A stretch of 64,000 bases of DNA from an uncultured virus (IMG/VR IMGVR_UViG_3300046499_000512) (Duplodnaviria; Heunggongvirae; Uroviricota; Caudoviricetes), in IMG/VR virus record IMGVR_UViG_3300046499_000512; one strand, 5' to 3'. This document shows, piece by piece, positions 1-9,813 of this stretch. Every line of letters starts with the position of its first letter. Positions within the stretch are counted from its first letter, which is position 1. The translations under genes were made by a program, and so were the position numbers. Under the pieces are notes generated by a model that did no database searches, was not told where the DNA came from, and worked only from the letters and a program-made list of their open reading frames with translations.

Positions 1-633
1 CACCCAGATGTCCGGCCACACGGCGCCGCCGACGGACACCGGACGCTGCCGGAAGCCACGGAACGCCCCGTTCTGGGGGTCGCGGGCAATCGCGGTCGTC
101 TCGGCCGGGCGGAAGGCGAGCCGGTCGTAGACGATCCGGCCTTCCTTCTCGGTGAACACCTTCTCGAAGCACGCCTTGCGGTGCGTACGGGCGGAGAGAG
201 CCTGGGCGATGACCAGCCGCATCGGGGTCTTCATGCCGCCCTGGTTCGAGGGGGTCGTCAGGGCCTTCTTGACGAACTCGGCCTCGCCGGTGTCCCCGGG
301 ACCGGGGACGATCTTCCACGGGGCGGAGCGGATCGGCAGGGTCAGAACCTGCTGGATCGTGCGGGCCTTGCCGTCCCGGCCCAGCATGTCGTCATAGGAC
401 TGGGACTCGAACTGGTTCTCATCCAGGAGAATACGGCCCGGAACACCGGACCAGGATGCTGCGAAAGAGTCGGACCAGGCATAGATACTGCCCTCTTCGA
501 CGTCGAGCGCGACGCCGTCAGCGCCTTTTGCCGTCTTCGCCAGAGGGGCCTTTTCCGGGAGGTCGTCCCGGGCGAAGGCAGGGGTTATATCCCTGGCCGT
601 TGTCGGCAGGTTGCCTAATCCCTCATCCGCCAC
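1..633 (-). CDS. Phage portal protein (DUF935/gp29-like), 5' part; continues beyond the window
   Basis: Translated by hand (not in ORF track). GGGGAG RBS plus GTG at 633, open to position 1. YDDMLGRDGKARTIQQVLTLPIRSAPWKIVPG..EAEFV..FEKVF resembles portal N-termini. Directly downstream of terL. Confidence 0.75.
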   Translation of the reverse strand, partial: MADEGLGNLPTTARDITPAFARDDLPEKAPLAKTAKGADGVALDVEEGSIYAWSDSFAASWSGVPGRILLDENQFESQSYDDMLGRDGKARTIQQVLTLPIRSAPWKIVPGPGDTGEAEFVKKALTTPSNQGGMKTPMRLVIAQALSARTHRKACFEKVFTEKEGRIVYDRLAFRPAETTAIARDPQNGAFRGFRQRPVSVGGAVWPDIWV

Positions 634-690
634 GGTGCTCCCCTAGCTCGTATCTCTGTCCGGCTTATGCTAACATTCGGGCTTTTCGGC

Positions 691-2415
691 TTACCAGCCT
701 GCTGTTTCCATATCGGAGCCGACGTCCCACTTCTCCACGACCGGTATCTCCTGGTCGTTCTGATTGGCGACGTACCGGTCTTCCGGGGTCTTCCAGGCGC
801 TGTCTTTCAGCTCTTCCGCGCTCGTGACCACGGAGGGCAGCCAGAAGGCGTGAATCAGGGCGTCCGCGCGGTCGGTGGACCGGCCCAGACGCTTTTTGAT
901 GTCTTCCTTCTTTTCGATCTTGTACTTCGGGGTGCCCGGCTGCGTGTCGAACCGGGGGCACGACAGCTCCGCCAGGAGCTTCTCGTCCCTCGGGAACGCG
1001 ATCGTCGCCCCGCCCTTGCGCGCAGGATTCAGCAGTTCACGCAGGTTCCACCAGGCGGCGGCCCTGTCATTGATGAACGTCATCTTCTGCGTGGTGTCCT
1101 TGCGGCCCGAGTTCGCCGCCGCGATGAACGCGTACGTGTCCTGGGAGTCCCGGCGCAGCTTGGCCACCACACCCGAACCCACACCGATGCCGTCCACGAT
1201 GTACTTCGCGTTCGTCGGCGCCCCGTGCTTGACCGCGATGGCCTGGAGGTCGTCCGCCGTGGTCAGCGGATCCTTCGAGGGGAACGCCAGAATCTCGCGC
1301 ACCACATCGCCCTGACGGACGGCCGCGACGGTCTCGTCCTCGCCGCCGTCGGAGATGTCCGCACCGATGATGATCTCGCCCGGCTGCTGCTCCTTCGGCT
1401 CCACCAGGCAGATGGGCTCCTCGGTGTCCGGGTCGATGATGTACGTGCCGTCGCGCCAGCGTTCCCACCGGGCCATCGCGGCTTCGGCCCAGGCCAGCGG
1501 GATGACGCCCTCGGACGACGTCTCGGGGAAGATCGCCCGGACCTTCGACATGAACAGGCTGCTGTCGGAGCCCCAGCCGACCATCGACTCGTAGACCCAG
1601 GTCGGGCCGACCAGCGTCTTCTGGAGGGTCGGAGAGACCTCCTCGGTGGCGAAGGGGATGCCTTCGGCCTTCATGTATTCCACGAGGCGCGGGTACCGGG
1701 AGCAGGCCTCTTCGGTCATCAGGGGTGACCTGAGGGCGTCGATGCGGATCTTGTTCCACTTCTCGCCGAGCGGGGACTCCGGGGAGCACACGGAACGGAA
1801 GTGGGAACCCGGGTCGGTCGGGTTTCCGATGGCCAGCACCCGGGAGGACTCGTTGGTCACCAGGGAGTCGACGGCGTCCCAGATGGACCGGTCGACGCCG
1901 CAGGCCTCATCGATCACGACCAGGATCTTCTCGGCGTGGAAACCCTGGAACGCGGAGTCTTCCTTGTCCGGGGGCTTCTGGCCGATGCCGACCAGCTCAC
2001 CGTTGATCTTCCACGACGGGATCGGGGACGACAGGATCTGGCCGGGGATCGTGTACCCGCGCTCTTTGGCGAGGTTGTGCGCGCGCTGGATGTAGCGCCA
2101 GAGGATGGAGGCCACCTGCCGGGCTGTCGGCGCCGTGGTGACCAGGAAGACCTCTTCCAGGGGCGTGGTGGCGATCCACCAGGCGGAGAGGCGTGATGCG
2201 AGGTGTGACTTGCCTGCCGCGTGACAGGACTGGACGGCTGTGAATCGGTGGTCCCGGACGCTCTCGCAGATCTCCGACTGCATGGACCACATGTCCTCAC
2301 CGAGGACGTCTTTCACCCAGTTCGCGGGATTTCGGTGGGACTCCTTTTTCGCCTGTAACTCGTAGAGCGTGGCGAGACGGTCCGCCCATGCATTCCCTGC
2401 CACGCCCGCCCTCAT
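691..2415 (-). CDS. terL: Terminase large subunit
   Basis: Walker A (SCHAAGKS), Walker B (VVIDEA), coupling motif (IGNP), RNase H nuclease acids (GADISDGGEDET, STDRADAL). Start may be GTG at 2403. Confidence 0.92.
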   Translation of the reverse strand: MRAGVAGNAWADRLATLYELQAKKESHRNPANWVKDVLGEDMWSMQSEICESVRDHRFTAVQSCHAAGKSHLASRLSAWWIATTPLEEVFLVTTAPTARQVASILWRYIQRAHNLAKERGYTIPGQILSSPIPSWKINGELVGIGQKPPDKEDSAFQGFHAEKILVVIDEACGVDRSIWDAVDSLVTNESSRVLAIGNPTDPGSHFRSVCSPESPLGEKWNKIRIDALRSPLMTEEACSRYPRLVEYMKAEGIPFATEEVSPTLQKTLVGPTWVYESMVGWGSDSSLFMSKVRAIFPETSSEGVIPLAWAEAAMARWERWRDGTYIIDPDTEEPICLVEPKEQQPGEIIIGADISDGGEDETVAAVRQGDVVREILAFPSKDPLTTADDLQAIAVKHGAPTNAKYIVDGIGVGSGVVAKLRRDSQDTYAFIAAANSGRKDTTQKMTFINDRAAAWWNLRELLNPARKGGATIAFPRDEKLLAELSCPRFDTQPGTPKYKIEKKEDIKKRLGRSTDRADALIHAFWLPSVVTSAEELKDSAWKTPEDRYVANQNDQEIPVVEKWDVGSDMETAGW

Positions 2416-2527
2416 TTCTCCCGCTAGTAGCGCACTTGTGTGATCAGTGTACGGAAATATCCCGATGCCGGAAATGCCACTGCCCCGGCCGGGGAGTCGT
2501 CCGGCCGGGGCAGTGAAGTGAAAAGGC

Positions 2528-2848
2528 TTATCCGGAGATCTCGGGTAAGTTCTCCAGGTCTTCCTTCATGTGGCGCTGCATCTGGGCCCGCGCCTGTTCG
2601 TGCAGACGGTGCCGGATCCGCCGGTCCCGCAATTCCTCCTTGAGGGAGGCACGGGCGGCCAGGGAATTGGCCTGGGCCTGGAAGAACTTGGCGAACGCGC
2701 CGATGAACAGTGCGAGAGTTTCCAGGAGGTCGATCAGGAAGCACGTGGGCGTCCAGCGGAGCGAGATGGGCTCCTCCTCGATCTGCCCGGCGGACAGCAG
2801 GACCGCAGAGAGCGCTTCGCCCTCGTACTCGTTGGAGTCGTCAGACAT
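2528..2848 (-). CDS. Hypothetical protein (106 aa) upstream of terL
   Basis: AGGAG RBS plus ATG at 2848; co-oriented in the packaging operon. Confidence 0.6.
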   Translation of the reverse strand: MSDDSNEYEGEALSAVLLSAGQIEEEPISLRWTPTCFLIDLLETLALFIGAFAKFFQAQANSLAARASLKEELRDRRIRHRLHEQARAQMQRHMKEDLENLPEISG

Positions 2849-2859
2849 GGGTACTCCTG

Positions 2860-4107
2860 TCAGAGGATTTCGAGGTCGGACCAGCCGTCGGGCCCGACAG
2901 AGAAGACCAGCAGCCCGGCCCGGGAGTCCTCGCCCGTGCGGTTCGTGTACCAGGTGGACCCGTTGTCGAGCGCGGGGGCCTGGATCCAGACCTTCCCGGA
3001 CCCGACCTCCTCCGCCCGGAAGTGATGGAAGTGGCCGGTCAGCAGGATCCGGGCGGCGGCGACCGGCTGCTCTCCGAACGTCTGCCCGCGCCACCAGTCC
3101 ACGACCTTGCCGGGCCCGCGCACCTGGTGGCCGTGGGCAAGGCCGACGACCGTTCCGGCGATGTCGATGCTCACGGTCTCCTGCCACTCCTCGGGCAGGA
3201 TGAACTTGACGTGCCCGAACGCCTCCTCGTTGACGGAGAACGCATCGGCGACCTGCTGCATCGTCTCGATGCCCCAGTCATCGGACGGCGGACCGACCGT
3301 CTTCCCGTTCACCCGGTGCTGGGCGTGGTTGGAGGCGGCGACCGCTGCGGTGACGGAGTCGAACTCGCGGGCGAGCCGCTTGAGTCCGTCGAAGGTCAGG
3401 CGCCGGTGCAGCCGGACCATCTCGGTCATGGTCAGGTCGTTGGTGGAGAGCTGCGAGGCGACGTTCTGCTGGCCTTCGATGCAGTCCCCGGCATCCATCC
3501 AGTACGCGGAGTCGACGGGACGGCCGACGGCCTTGAGGTCGCGGACGTGGTCCTGGAGACGGTCGAACTTCTCGGCGATGCGGGCGATCAGCTCAGGGGT
3601 GCCGCCCCGGCGGTCGACCTTGCCGGTCTGGGGGTCGGAGTAGGCGATGACAAGGCCCCGGGAAGGGGCTGTGAGGCGGCGTGTGGTGCGTTTGACGCGC
3701 AGGGCGTCCCGGACCATCGTCGCGACGTCCTCGGCGCCGTACCCGGCCAGGGAGGACGGTGCCACGCGGAACTTGAGGCGCCACACGGGGCGGGTGACGG
3801 CGGCTTCGCCCTCGGCGTCCCGGTGCCAGGCGGCCGGGTCGTACTTGGCTTCGGCGAGCTGGACGGACCAGCCCTCGGGGACGGCGAGCCCCAGTTCCTC
3901 CACGGCTGCCTTCCAGGCTGTGGGGTCCTGGGGGCCGGTCGTGGTGGGGGCGGTGACGACGGTCATGGCGCCGTCGGGGTCGAAGGCGACTCCGGGCTGC
4001 CACTCGCGTCCGACGGGGCTGGTGGTGGTGTGGCCCGCGCGGGAGGGGGCTGCCTGGTTGGCGGAGAGCCGAAGGAGGTCGTCCAGGTCGCGGGAGAGGC
4101 CGCTCAC
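2860..4107 (-). CDS. Calcineurin-like metallophosphoesterase / Mre11-like nuclease
   Basis: Motifs SDPQ, GDCIEG, SNHA, AHGH, GHFHH. GTG start overlaps the upstream stop (GTGA). Confidence 0.8.
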   Translation of the reverse strand: MSGLSRDLDDLLRLSANQAAPSRAGHTTTSPVGREWQPGVAFDPDGAMTVVTAPTTTGPQDPTAWKAAVEELGLAVPEGWSVQLAEAKYDPAAWHRDAEGEAAVTRPVWRLKFRVAPSSLAGYGAEDVATMVRDALRVKRTTRRLTAPSRGLVIAYSDPQTGKVDRRGGTPELIARIAEKFDRLQDHVRDLKAVGRPVDSAYWMDAGDCIEGQQNVASQLSTNDLTMTEMVRLHRRLTFDGLKRLAREFDSVTAAVAASNHAQHRVNGKTVGPPSDDWGIETMQQVADAFSVNEEAFGHVKFILPEEWQETVSIDIAGTVVGLAHGHQVRGPGKVVDWWRGQTFGEQPVAAARILLTGHFHHFRAEEVGSGKVWIQAPALDNGSTWYTNRTGEDSRAGLLVFSVGPDGWSDLEIL

Positions 4108-4385
4108 GCGGCGCCCGCCGCGTCGAAGCTCTGGGGGCAGTGGCAGCCGGAGGACATGCCGCGCTTGCGGTGGCGCAGGACGGTCTTGTCGGCGACGGAG
4201 TAGCCGTTGCGGGTGAGGGCTCCGGCGATGATGGAGCCCGGGATCTCGGGGTTGTCGATGACGCGGGTCAGGTGGGCGCGGTCGGCCTCGGTGAGCTGGC
4301 CCAGGATCCGCGCGACGGTGCATTGAGGGCCCGGGTAGGTACCGCGACGGGATTCGATGCCCGCCAGGTCGTCCATGAGACTCAT
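4104..4385 (-). CDS. Small HTH-like protein with C..RHR..CxC motif
   Basis: 93 aa; coupled to the metallophosphoesterase, a pairing familiar from actinophages. Confidence 0.7.
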   Translation of the reverse strand: MSLMDDLAGIESRRGTYPGPQCTVARILGQLTEADRAHLTRVIDNPEIPGSIIAGALTRNGYSVADKTVLRHRKRGMSSGCHCPQSFDAAGAA

Positions 4386-4616
4386 GATCCCCCACAGGTG
4401 CTACAGGTCCCGTTTAGGTGGACCGATTGTTTCCGGTTACTTGCACGGTAGCTTACCGAACACGATATCGGGAGCCTGCAACAAAGGCTGCAAATGGCCT
4501 TTCTGCTGATCGGGGATCAGAGGGTAGATGGACCCTGAAATCGGTGTCCCGTATGCTTCTCCCGCCGTGTCGGGCCTGCCCCGTCCGGACCCAAATCCAC
4601 TCCAGGGGGAGCCCTC

Positions 4617-5108
4617 ATGTCCCAGCAGTACCCGCAGCAGCCCGAACCGGCGAAAAAGAAGCGCGGAAAGGGCTGCCTTTTCGCTTTCATCGGCGCGGCC
4701 GTACTCGTGGTGATCATCGTCGCGGCGTCGACCGACGGCAGCAAGGGCACGTCGGACAGCGGCAGTTCAACGAAGACCGGCACCCACAAGAGCGCGGCGA
4801 AGACGCCGGAGCAGAGCCCCCTGGACGCCTTCCGGTCGTACGTGGCCAAGCACGGGACGACTACGGAGAAGGCGGCGGTCAAGCACACCACCAAGATCCA
4901 GGGCGCCGACAGTGAGAACGACATCCTGGACTCGGCCGACGTCTACACCGACTACAGCGGCGGCATGATGGGCGGCCACGCCAACGACGGCAAGCTGATC
5001 GCCTCCGCGTTCGCCGACTGGCAGCAGAGCCGGGGCAAGGACAGCAAGAACGGACTTGTCACGATCTATGACAAGTCCGGTGATCTGCTCAGCAACGGGA
5101 AGTACTGA
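4617..5108 (+). CDS. Membrane-anchored extracytoplasmic protein
   Basis: Basic patch, then a hydrophobic TM helix (GCLFAFIGAAVLVVIIVAAS) and a S/T/K-rich linker; GGGAG RBS. Confidence 0.75.
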   Translation: MSQQYPQQPEPAKKKRGKGCLFAFIGAAVLVVIIVAASTDGSKGTSDSGSSTKTGTHKSAAKTPEQSPLDAFRSYVAKHGTTTEKAAVKHTTKIQGADSENDILDSADVYTDYSGGMMGGHANDGKLIASAFADWQQSRGKDSKNGLVTIYDKSGDLLSNGKY

Positions 5109-5118
5109 CCCAGAACAT

Positions 5119-5162
5119 GCCGAAGGCCCGGAAGAGTTGATCTCCCGGGCCTTCGGCGTTTT
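5119..5162. terminator. Terminator hairpin between convergent genes
   Basis: GCCGAAGGCCCGG...CCGGGCCTTCGGC followed by GTTTT. Confidence 0.75.
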
Positions 5163-6262
5163 CAGTGCACCTTGACGCCCTGCGTGCCCTGCGGCGAGCC
5201 GCCCGCGTTGATCGGGATCGGGGCCAGCCACTTCACCACGCGCTCCGTACGCCCCACACCCGTGCGGTAGGTGTGGAAGTGCGCCCGCCTCACGTGGGCC
5301 ACAGGCGACCTGTGAGAGCCCTGGGAGCCCCTGGGACCCACCGGCTGGACCTCTTCCCCTCCCCAGCGCGTCAGGGCCGCCAGAGAGGGCCCTGAGATGA
5401 ACCCGACCAACTGCCGCGCGGCCTTGCCCCCGCCCTGCTTGCGGTCCCACTTGTTCTTCCGGGCCACCGGAGGCACGGTGACCGGCTGAGGCTTGGACTC
5501 CAGGGTCTGTGAGACCAGGTACAGCATGTGCGGAACGATCACGTGCAGCAGTCCCGACATGAACTCGCCGCGCAGCCGGTCCTGCTGGTTGTCGATCGTC
5601 GGATCCCAGCGGAAGCCCTTCATCAGGGAGGCGATCAGCTCCCCGACCGTGGCGTCCTCCCCGGTGACCGGCAGGGTGAGACGGGTGTAGTCCCAGTCGA
5701 TGGTTGTCTGCATGTCCGGGGAGAGCACTTCGCACAGGGCGGTGATGTGGAAGCTCTGGGCGCTCGGGTCGTTGGTGTCGACGTAGCGGCCCCCGTGGTT
5801 CTTGCCGGTGACGTACCAGCCGACCAGGCGGATCGGCTTGTCGGCCGGGTCGCGCAGATCGACCGGCTGGCCCAGGAAGATGATCGGGTTGGGGTAGGGC
5901 AGGTGCGCGAGGACCATCGGCGGGAACTTGTCGCTGTCGGAGGCCCGCAGGTGGTCGGTGAGCCCGGGGTGGATCTCGAAGAGGACGCGGTGCCGGTTCC
6001 ACATGTCGTGCGCGGCGATCTCCTGCGCGGACATCTGGAGGTGGTGGTTGACGACCTCGCTGACCGACCAGGGGGTTTCAGGCATTCGGGCTGTGGGGTT
6101 CATCAGGGCCTCGGCGACGGGCCGCCACATGCAGTCGGTGAGCCACGGTTCCATCGTGTAGTAACGGCGGTCCAGTTCGGCGAGGAAGGACGCGGCGTTC
6201 CACGTGTGGGTCTTGTAGGGGTAGGGGAGTTCGGGGTTGGGCGGGAGGCGCAGGGAGGCCAT
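5162..6262 (-). CDS. AcrVA2/FinQ-like family protein, paralog 1
   Basis: VLFEIHPGLTDHL..LAHLPYPNPII; C-terminal PVAHVRRAHFHTYRTG..KWLAPIPIN. Start at 6262 after GGAG, motif promoter at 6283. Confidence 0.6.
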   Translation of the reverse strand: MASLRLPPNPELPYPYKTHTWNAASFLAELDRRYYTMEPWLTDCMWRPVAEALMNPTARMPETPWSVSEVVNHHLQMSAQEIAAHDMWNRHRVLFEIHPGLTDHLRASDSDKFPPMVLAHLPYPNPIIFLGQPVDLRDPADKPIRLVGWYVTGKNHGGRYVDTNDPSAQSFHITALCEVLSPDMQTTIDWDYTRLTLPVTGEDATVGELIASLMKGFRWDPTIDNQQDRLRGEFMSGLLHVIVPHMLYLVSQTLESKPQPVTVPPVARKNKWDRKQGGGKAARQLVGFISGPSLAALTRWGGEEVQPVGPRGSQGSHRSPVAHVRRAHFHTYRTGVGRTERVVKWLAPIPINAGGSPQGTQGVKVH

Positions 6263-6342
6263 GTCGTGCTCCTGGGTATCGGGTATATCTACCCTAGCAC
6301 GAAGGGCGGGAGGCTGCAAAAGCCATCCCGCCCTGCCACCTG

Positions 6343-6510
6343 CTATCGAACCGGCTTCACCAACACGATGGGATCCGGACACAGGAACTCCAGGTCCCCG
6401 TTGGCCAGTTCATGCATCCAGGCCAGCCCCGTCCGCTGCTTCTCATACACGATCGGACCCTTGCAGTGCGGGCAATGGGTCAAAGGAATCCTGGTTGCCT
6501 GTATCGCCAC
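6343..6510 (-). CDS. 55-aa Zn-ribbon-like protein
   Basis: Hand translation MAIQATRIPLTHCPHCKGP..WMHE..LCPD; GGGAG RBS; variant motif at 6536. Confidence 0.5.
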   Translation of the reverse strand: MAIQATRIPLTHCPHCKGPIVYEKQRTGLAWMHELANGDLEFLCPDPIVLVKPVR

Positions 6511-6603
6511 GACATCTCCCCGGCATATGGCGTGAGGATATCTACGCTAGCGCGGAAGACCGGCGGAGGGTAGCGGAACGTGGCGAACCGCTACCCTCCG
6601 AGA

Positions 6604-7320
6604 TCAAGAACGCTGCTTCCGCATCTTCGCTTCCACCCGCAGCACAGCCATCGCCAACCGCTCCGCAGACACCCCGCGTTCCCGGTCGGTCCACCCGAAA
6701 GCGATAGACGCCGCAGCCGCCTGCATGGCGCTCTCCGCCTGCTCCGGGGTACGCGTCGGCAGCATCGGGGAGAACTCCGGAACGTAGACGGCCGTACCGT
6801 CCTTGACCCGCCACTCCCCCGCCAACTCCCCATCCCCCTCCTCGGAGATGAGCTGAGACGTCAGATCCAGGAACGGGAACGCCTCCGCGATAGCCGTCCA
6901 CTCGGTGGTGACCTCCTCCGTGGAAGGCCACTTGCCGATGTTGTAGTTGTCGCAGTAGATCCGGCCGTCCCAGTCGCACCATCCGTGCGGGCCGCAGATG
7001 TAGCTGGACGCGATCCGGGACGTGTGCAGGTACTCCCCGCCGAAGATGCCCAGTTCATCCATGCGGGCATCCCGGGCGGCCCAGCGCTCCCGGTACCAGG
7101 CCATGCGCCGCTTAGGGTCCTTCTCGATCTCGGGGTCCTTCGGCCAGTCCTCGCCGAGGTTGAACCCCATGATCTTGCCGACCACTGCGGCCCACTCGGG
7201 GTCGTTGCCCCGCAGATAATCCGGGACGCAGGTACGGACCAGGATCTCGTCCGCCTGTGCCGGGGTGACGGTCTTGCCGGAGACCAGCAGGCGCGGCCAC
7301 TTCGTCAGATCGTGATACAT
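6604..7320 (-). CDS. Hypothetical protein
   Basis: 238-aa ORF with GAGG RBS and protein-like composition. Confidence 0.7.
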   Translation of the reverse strand: MYHDLTKWPRLLVSGKTVTPAQADEILVRTCVPDYLRGNDPEWAAVVGKIMGFNLGEDWPKDPEIEKDPKRRMAWYRERWAARDARMDELGIFGGEYLHTSRIASSYICGPHGWCDWDGRIYCDNYNIGKWPSTEEVTTEWTAIAEAFPFLDLTSQLISEEGDGELAGEWRVKDGTAVYVPEFSPMLPTRTPEQAESAMQAAAASIAFGWTDRERGVSAERLAMAVLRVEAKMRKQRS

Positions 7321-7371
7321 GATTACCTCTCGTAAACGGTGAAAGGGGGCCCGAAGGCCCCCAGTTGGGTC

Positions 7372-7872
7372 TTACCAGCCCATTTTCCCTGCGCAAATCG
7401 GCCCAATTCCGGCAGAAACGGACTCGGGGTTCGTCAGGAGCTTCGAGCAGACGCAGCAGTGACCTGTCTTCTTACCGAAGAACTGCGCCTGGTCCGCCGT
7501 GAGCTTGTCGGTCAGCGTCAGCTTGTAGATGCCGCCCGGGGCGAACTCCCACTTGGTGTAGCCGCCGACCCAGATCTTCGCGTAGCGCTTGCCGGACGTC
7601 TTCGAGGTCTGAACCTTGTAGTAGTCCGTGCCGACGCAGTAGAAGCCCTCGGGGACGATCTCCGTGACGACCTTCGCCGCGCCGACCTGGGGCTTTGCGG
7701 TCTTCCAGGGGCACTTGGTCAGCTTGTCGATCAGTCGGGAGGCCTCGAAGGAGGGCATGTCCTCGGCAAATCGCGTTGCCAGGCCCAGGGGCACCTGACG
7801 GTCGGCCAGCAGGGTCTTGATGTAGGCGGCCTGCTTGGGGCTGACGGTCTTGGGGGCGAAGGTGGTTGCCAT
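7372..7872 (-). CDS. DUF6011-like Zn-binding protein
   Basis: C-terminal GHCCVCSKLLTNPESVSAGIGPICA; AAGGAG RBS; motif promoter at 7904. Confidence 0.75.
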   Translation of the reverse strand: MATTFAPKTVSPKQAAYIKTLLADRQVPLGLATRFAEDMPSFEASRLIDKLTKCPWKTAKPQVGAAKVVTEIVPEGFYCVGTDYYKVQTSKTSGKRYAKIWVGGYTKWEFAPGGIYKLTLTDKLTADQAQFFGKKTGHCCVCSKLLTNPESVSAGIGPICAGKMGW

Positions 7873-8020
7873 GAGAGGGTCTCCTTGGTTGGTGTCCCTT
7901 GCTGATATATCTACACTAACACTCTCCTGAAAAGGCCGCAACTCTTTTCCGGAAAGATCTTGGAAATCTCTACCCTGTAAGATGGAGACCTCCCGACCCC
8001 ATCACCTGAACGAGGAACCC

Positions 8021-8860
8021 ATGCCCGCCGACAGCATCCGGACCCGGATAGAAGCCCTGCTTCGCCTCGCCGAAGACCCCGGGGCCACCCAGAGCGAACG
8101 CGACTCAGCCCTCGACCGCGTAGCCGCCCTCACCGAGAAGTACAAGATCGACGCCTCCCGCCTCGACCCGCACAGCGGCCGGTGGATCCGCGAAGAAATC
8201 GTCGTCCACACCTTCGACGTCCCCACCGCCTACGGACTCAGTGACACCCGCCACCGGGGCCTGTACCGCGTCGTGGAAGCCATGGGCGCCGACAGCTACA
8301 TCGTCAAGAACGGATACCTCCGCAGGAACGGCACCCAGCGGTACGTATCCAGCGGACTGACCGTCCACGCCCCCGAATCCACCATGCACGTCCTCAAGGT
8401 GCTCGTACCCTCCCTGTTCCTCCAGGAAGCCTCGGCCAGCGCCGCGTTCATCCAGAACCTCAAGGACACCGACCCGGGGCTGATCGCCATACAAGAGGTC
8501 ATCCGGAGGATGCGAGCAGCCAAGGCGGACCCGAGGGACTTCGAGAAGACCCTGTACAACACCGTCAGCCGCCACCGGAAGAGCTTTTCCCTGGCGTTCT
8601 TCACGGAGGCCGCCGAGCGGGTCAAGGAGAAGCGGTCGGATGCCGTCCAGGAGGCTGGGCAGGGATACGCGCTGGTCGTCGTGGACACAGCGGACCGCAT
8701 CCAGCAGAGCATGGCCGACCTCGGCCTCTCGGACCGCAAGGTACGCAGCGACGACCTGTACAGCGCGGCCGGATGGGGCAGCGGCACCGAAGCGGGCAGG
8801 CGGGCGCTGGTCGGGCAGACCGAGGTGTACGGCGGACGGATCGCAATCGAAGGGTGTTAG
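8021..8860 (+). CDS. DUF2786 domain protein
   Basis: N-terminal RIEALLRLAEDPGATQSE..A..L..KY.ID; C-terminal GWGSG..AG..A..G. Confidence 0.7.
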   Translation: MPADSIRTRIEALLRLAEDPGATQSERDSALDRVAALTEKYKIDASRLDPHSGRWIREEIVVHTFDVPTAYGLSDTRHRGLYRVVEAMGADSYIVKNGYLRRNGTQRYVSSGLTVHAPESTMHVLKVLVPSLFLQEASASAAFIQNLKDTDPGLIAIQEVIRRMRAAKADPRDFEKTLYNTVSRHRKSFSLAFFTEAAERVKEKRSDAVQEAGQGYALVVVDTADRIQQSMADLGLSDRKVRSDDLYSAAGWGSGTEAGRRALVGQTEVYGGRIAIEGC

Positions 8861-8966
8861 GATCACCGTGGGTTCGGATGCTAGAGGGGGATCGTTGACG
8901 GCGATCCCCCTCAGCCGTATCCTGACCAGCACCAACCTGACTTGCAGCGCATGTTGCAGGACACCA

Positions 8967-9048
8967 GCGCCCGTGGTGGAAATGGCTTACACAACTTCCT
9001 CAAAAGAAGTCGCCGAAAGGCATGCGGGTTCGAATCCCGCCGGGCGTA
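8967..9048 (+). tRNA. tRNA-Leu(CAA), CCA not encoded
   Basis: Acceptor GCGCCCG/CGGGCGT, anticodon arm ACTTC-CTCAAAA-GAAGT, long variable arm GCCGAAAGGC, T arm GCGGG-TTCGAAT-CCCGC, discriminator A. Confidence 0.93.
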
Positions 9049-9088
9049 CGTGACTACCAAACCCCTCCCCCGCTAAGCGGCGGCAGCC

Positions 9089-9277
9089 GTGACCGCCGAT
9101 CAGAAAGCCCTTGGGGATGCCGTCCTCACGGCCGCGCTCTGGTACCTGGGACCAGCGGCTGACGACGACTGGTACGCCGAATACGCCGCCACCTACCCCG
9201 CCGACATAGAGAAGGGCCTGATCGAACTCCGCAGCGGAGGCGAGCAGGCCCTATTCGCATATCTGGAGACAACGTGA
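9089..9277 (+). CDS. Hypothetical protein
   Basis: 62 aa; stop overlaps the next start (GTGA). Confidence 0.5.
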   Translation: MTADQKALGDAVLTAALWYLGPAADDDWYAEYAATYPADIEKGLIELRSGGEQALFAYLETT

Positions 9278-9813
9278 CAACAGATCTGGACATCAATTGC
9301 CAGTTCTACGAGAACGGCCGGACCATCGACCTGATCTCGATCGCGGTCGTGGCTCCGGACGGGGAGTTCTTCTACGGCATCAACCAGAACATGCCGTTCG
9401 GGCCGATCAGCAACCACGCGTGGCTGATGGAGCACGTGATGCCGTCGTTGCCGGTCCGGCTGGGTTTCGCCAACCCGTGGGATGCCGATCACCCGGACTT
9501 CCAGTACCTGCGCCCGCTGTCGACCATCGCGGAGAGCGTGCGCAGGTTCATCACCCGCTACGAGGACCCGTGTCTGTGGTCGGACTACAGCGCCTACAAC
9601 CACGTGGCGCTGGCTCAACTGTGGGGTCCGATGGTCGACCTCCCGGAGGGGATCCCCATGTGGACGGCTGACGTCCAGCAGGAGATCCGGCGTCTCGGGG
9701 CGTCGGGTGTTCCGGAGCTGGAGTTCGAGGACCGTCACGCGCTGACCAGTGCGTGGCACAACCAGAAGGTCCGCAAGTTCCTGCGGGCCTGGGAGAAGGG
9801 GATCCGGGGATGA
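9274..9813 (+). CDS. RNase AS (Rv2179c/DUF5051)-like DEDDh exonuclease, catalytic residues substituted
   Basis: GRTIDLISIAVVAPDG, AYNHVALAQLWGPMVDLP..IPM.T.D, HAL..A.HN; DxE appears as NxQ, YD as YN, LAD as LTS. Confidence 0.75.
   Translation: MTTDLDINCQFYENGRTIDLISIAVVAPDGEFFYGINQNMPFGPISNHAWLMEHVMPSLPVRLGFANPWDADHPDFQYLRPLSTIAESVRRFITRYEDPCLWSDYSAYNHVALAQLWGPMVDLPEGIPMWTADVQQEIRRLGASGVPELEFEDRHALTSAWHNQKVRKFLRAWEKGIRG

Noticed and set aside
8967..9048. tRNA as an attL/attR prophage boundary
   Set aside because: Phage-type genes and the motif occur on both sides, no duplicated 3' fragment was noticed, and no integrase is adjacent.
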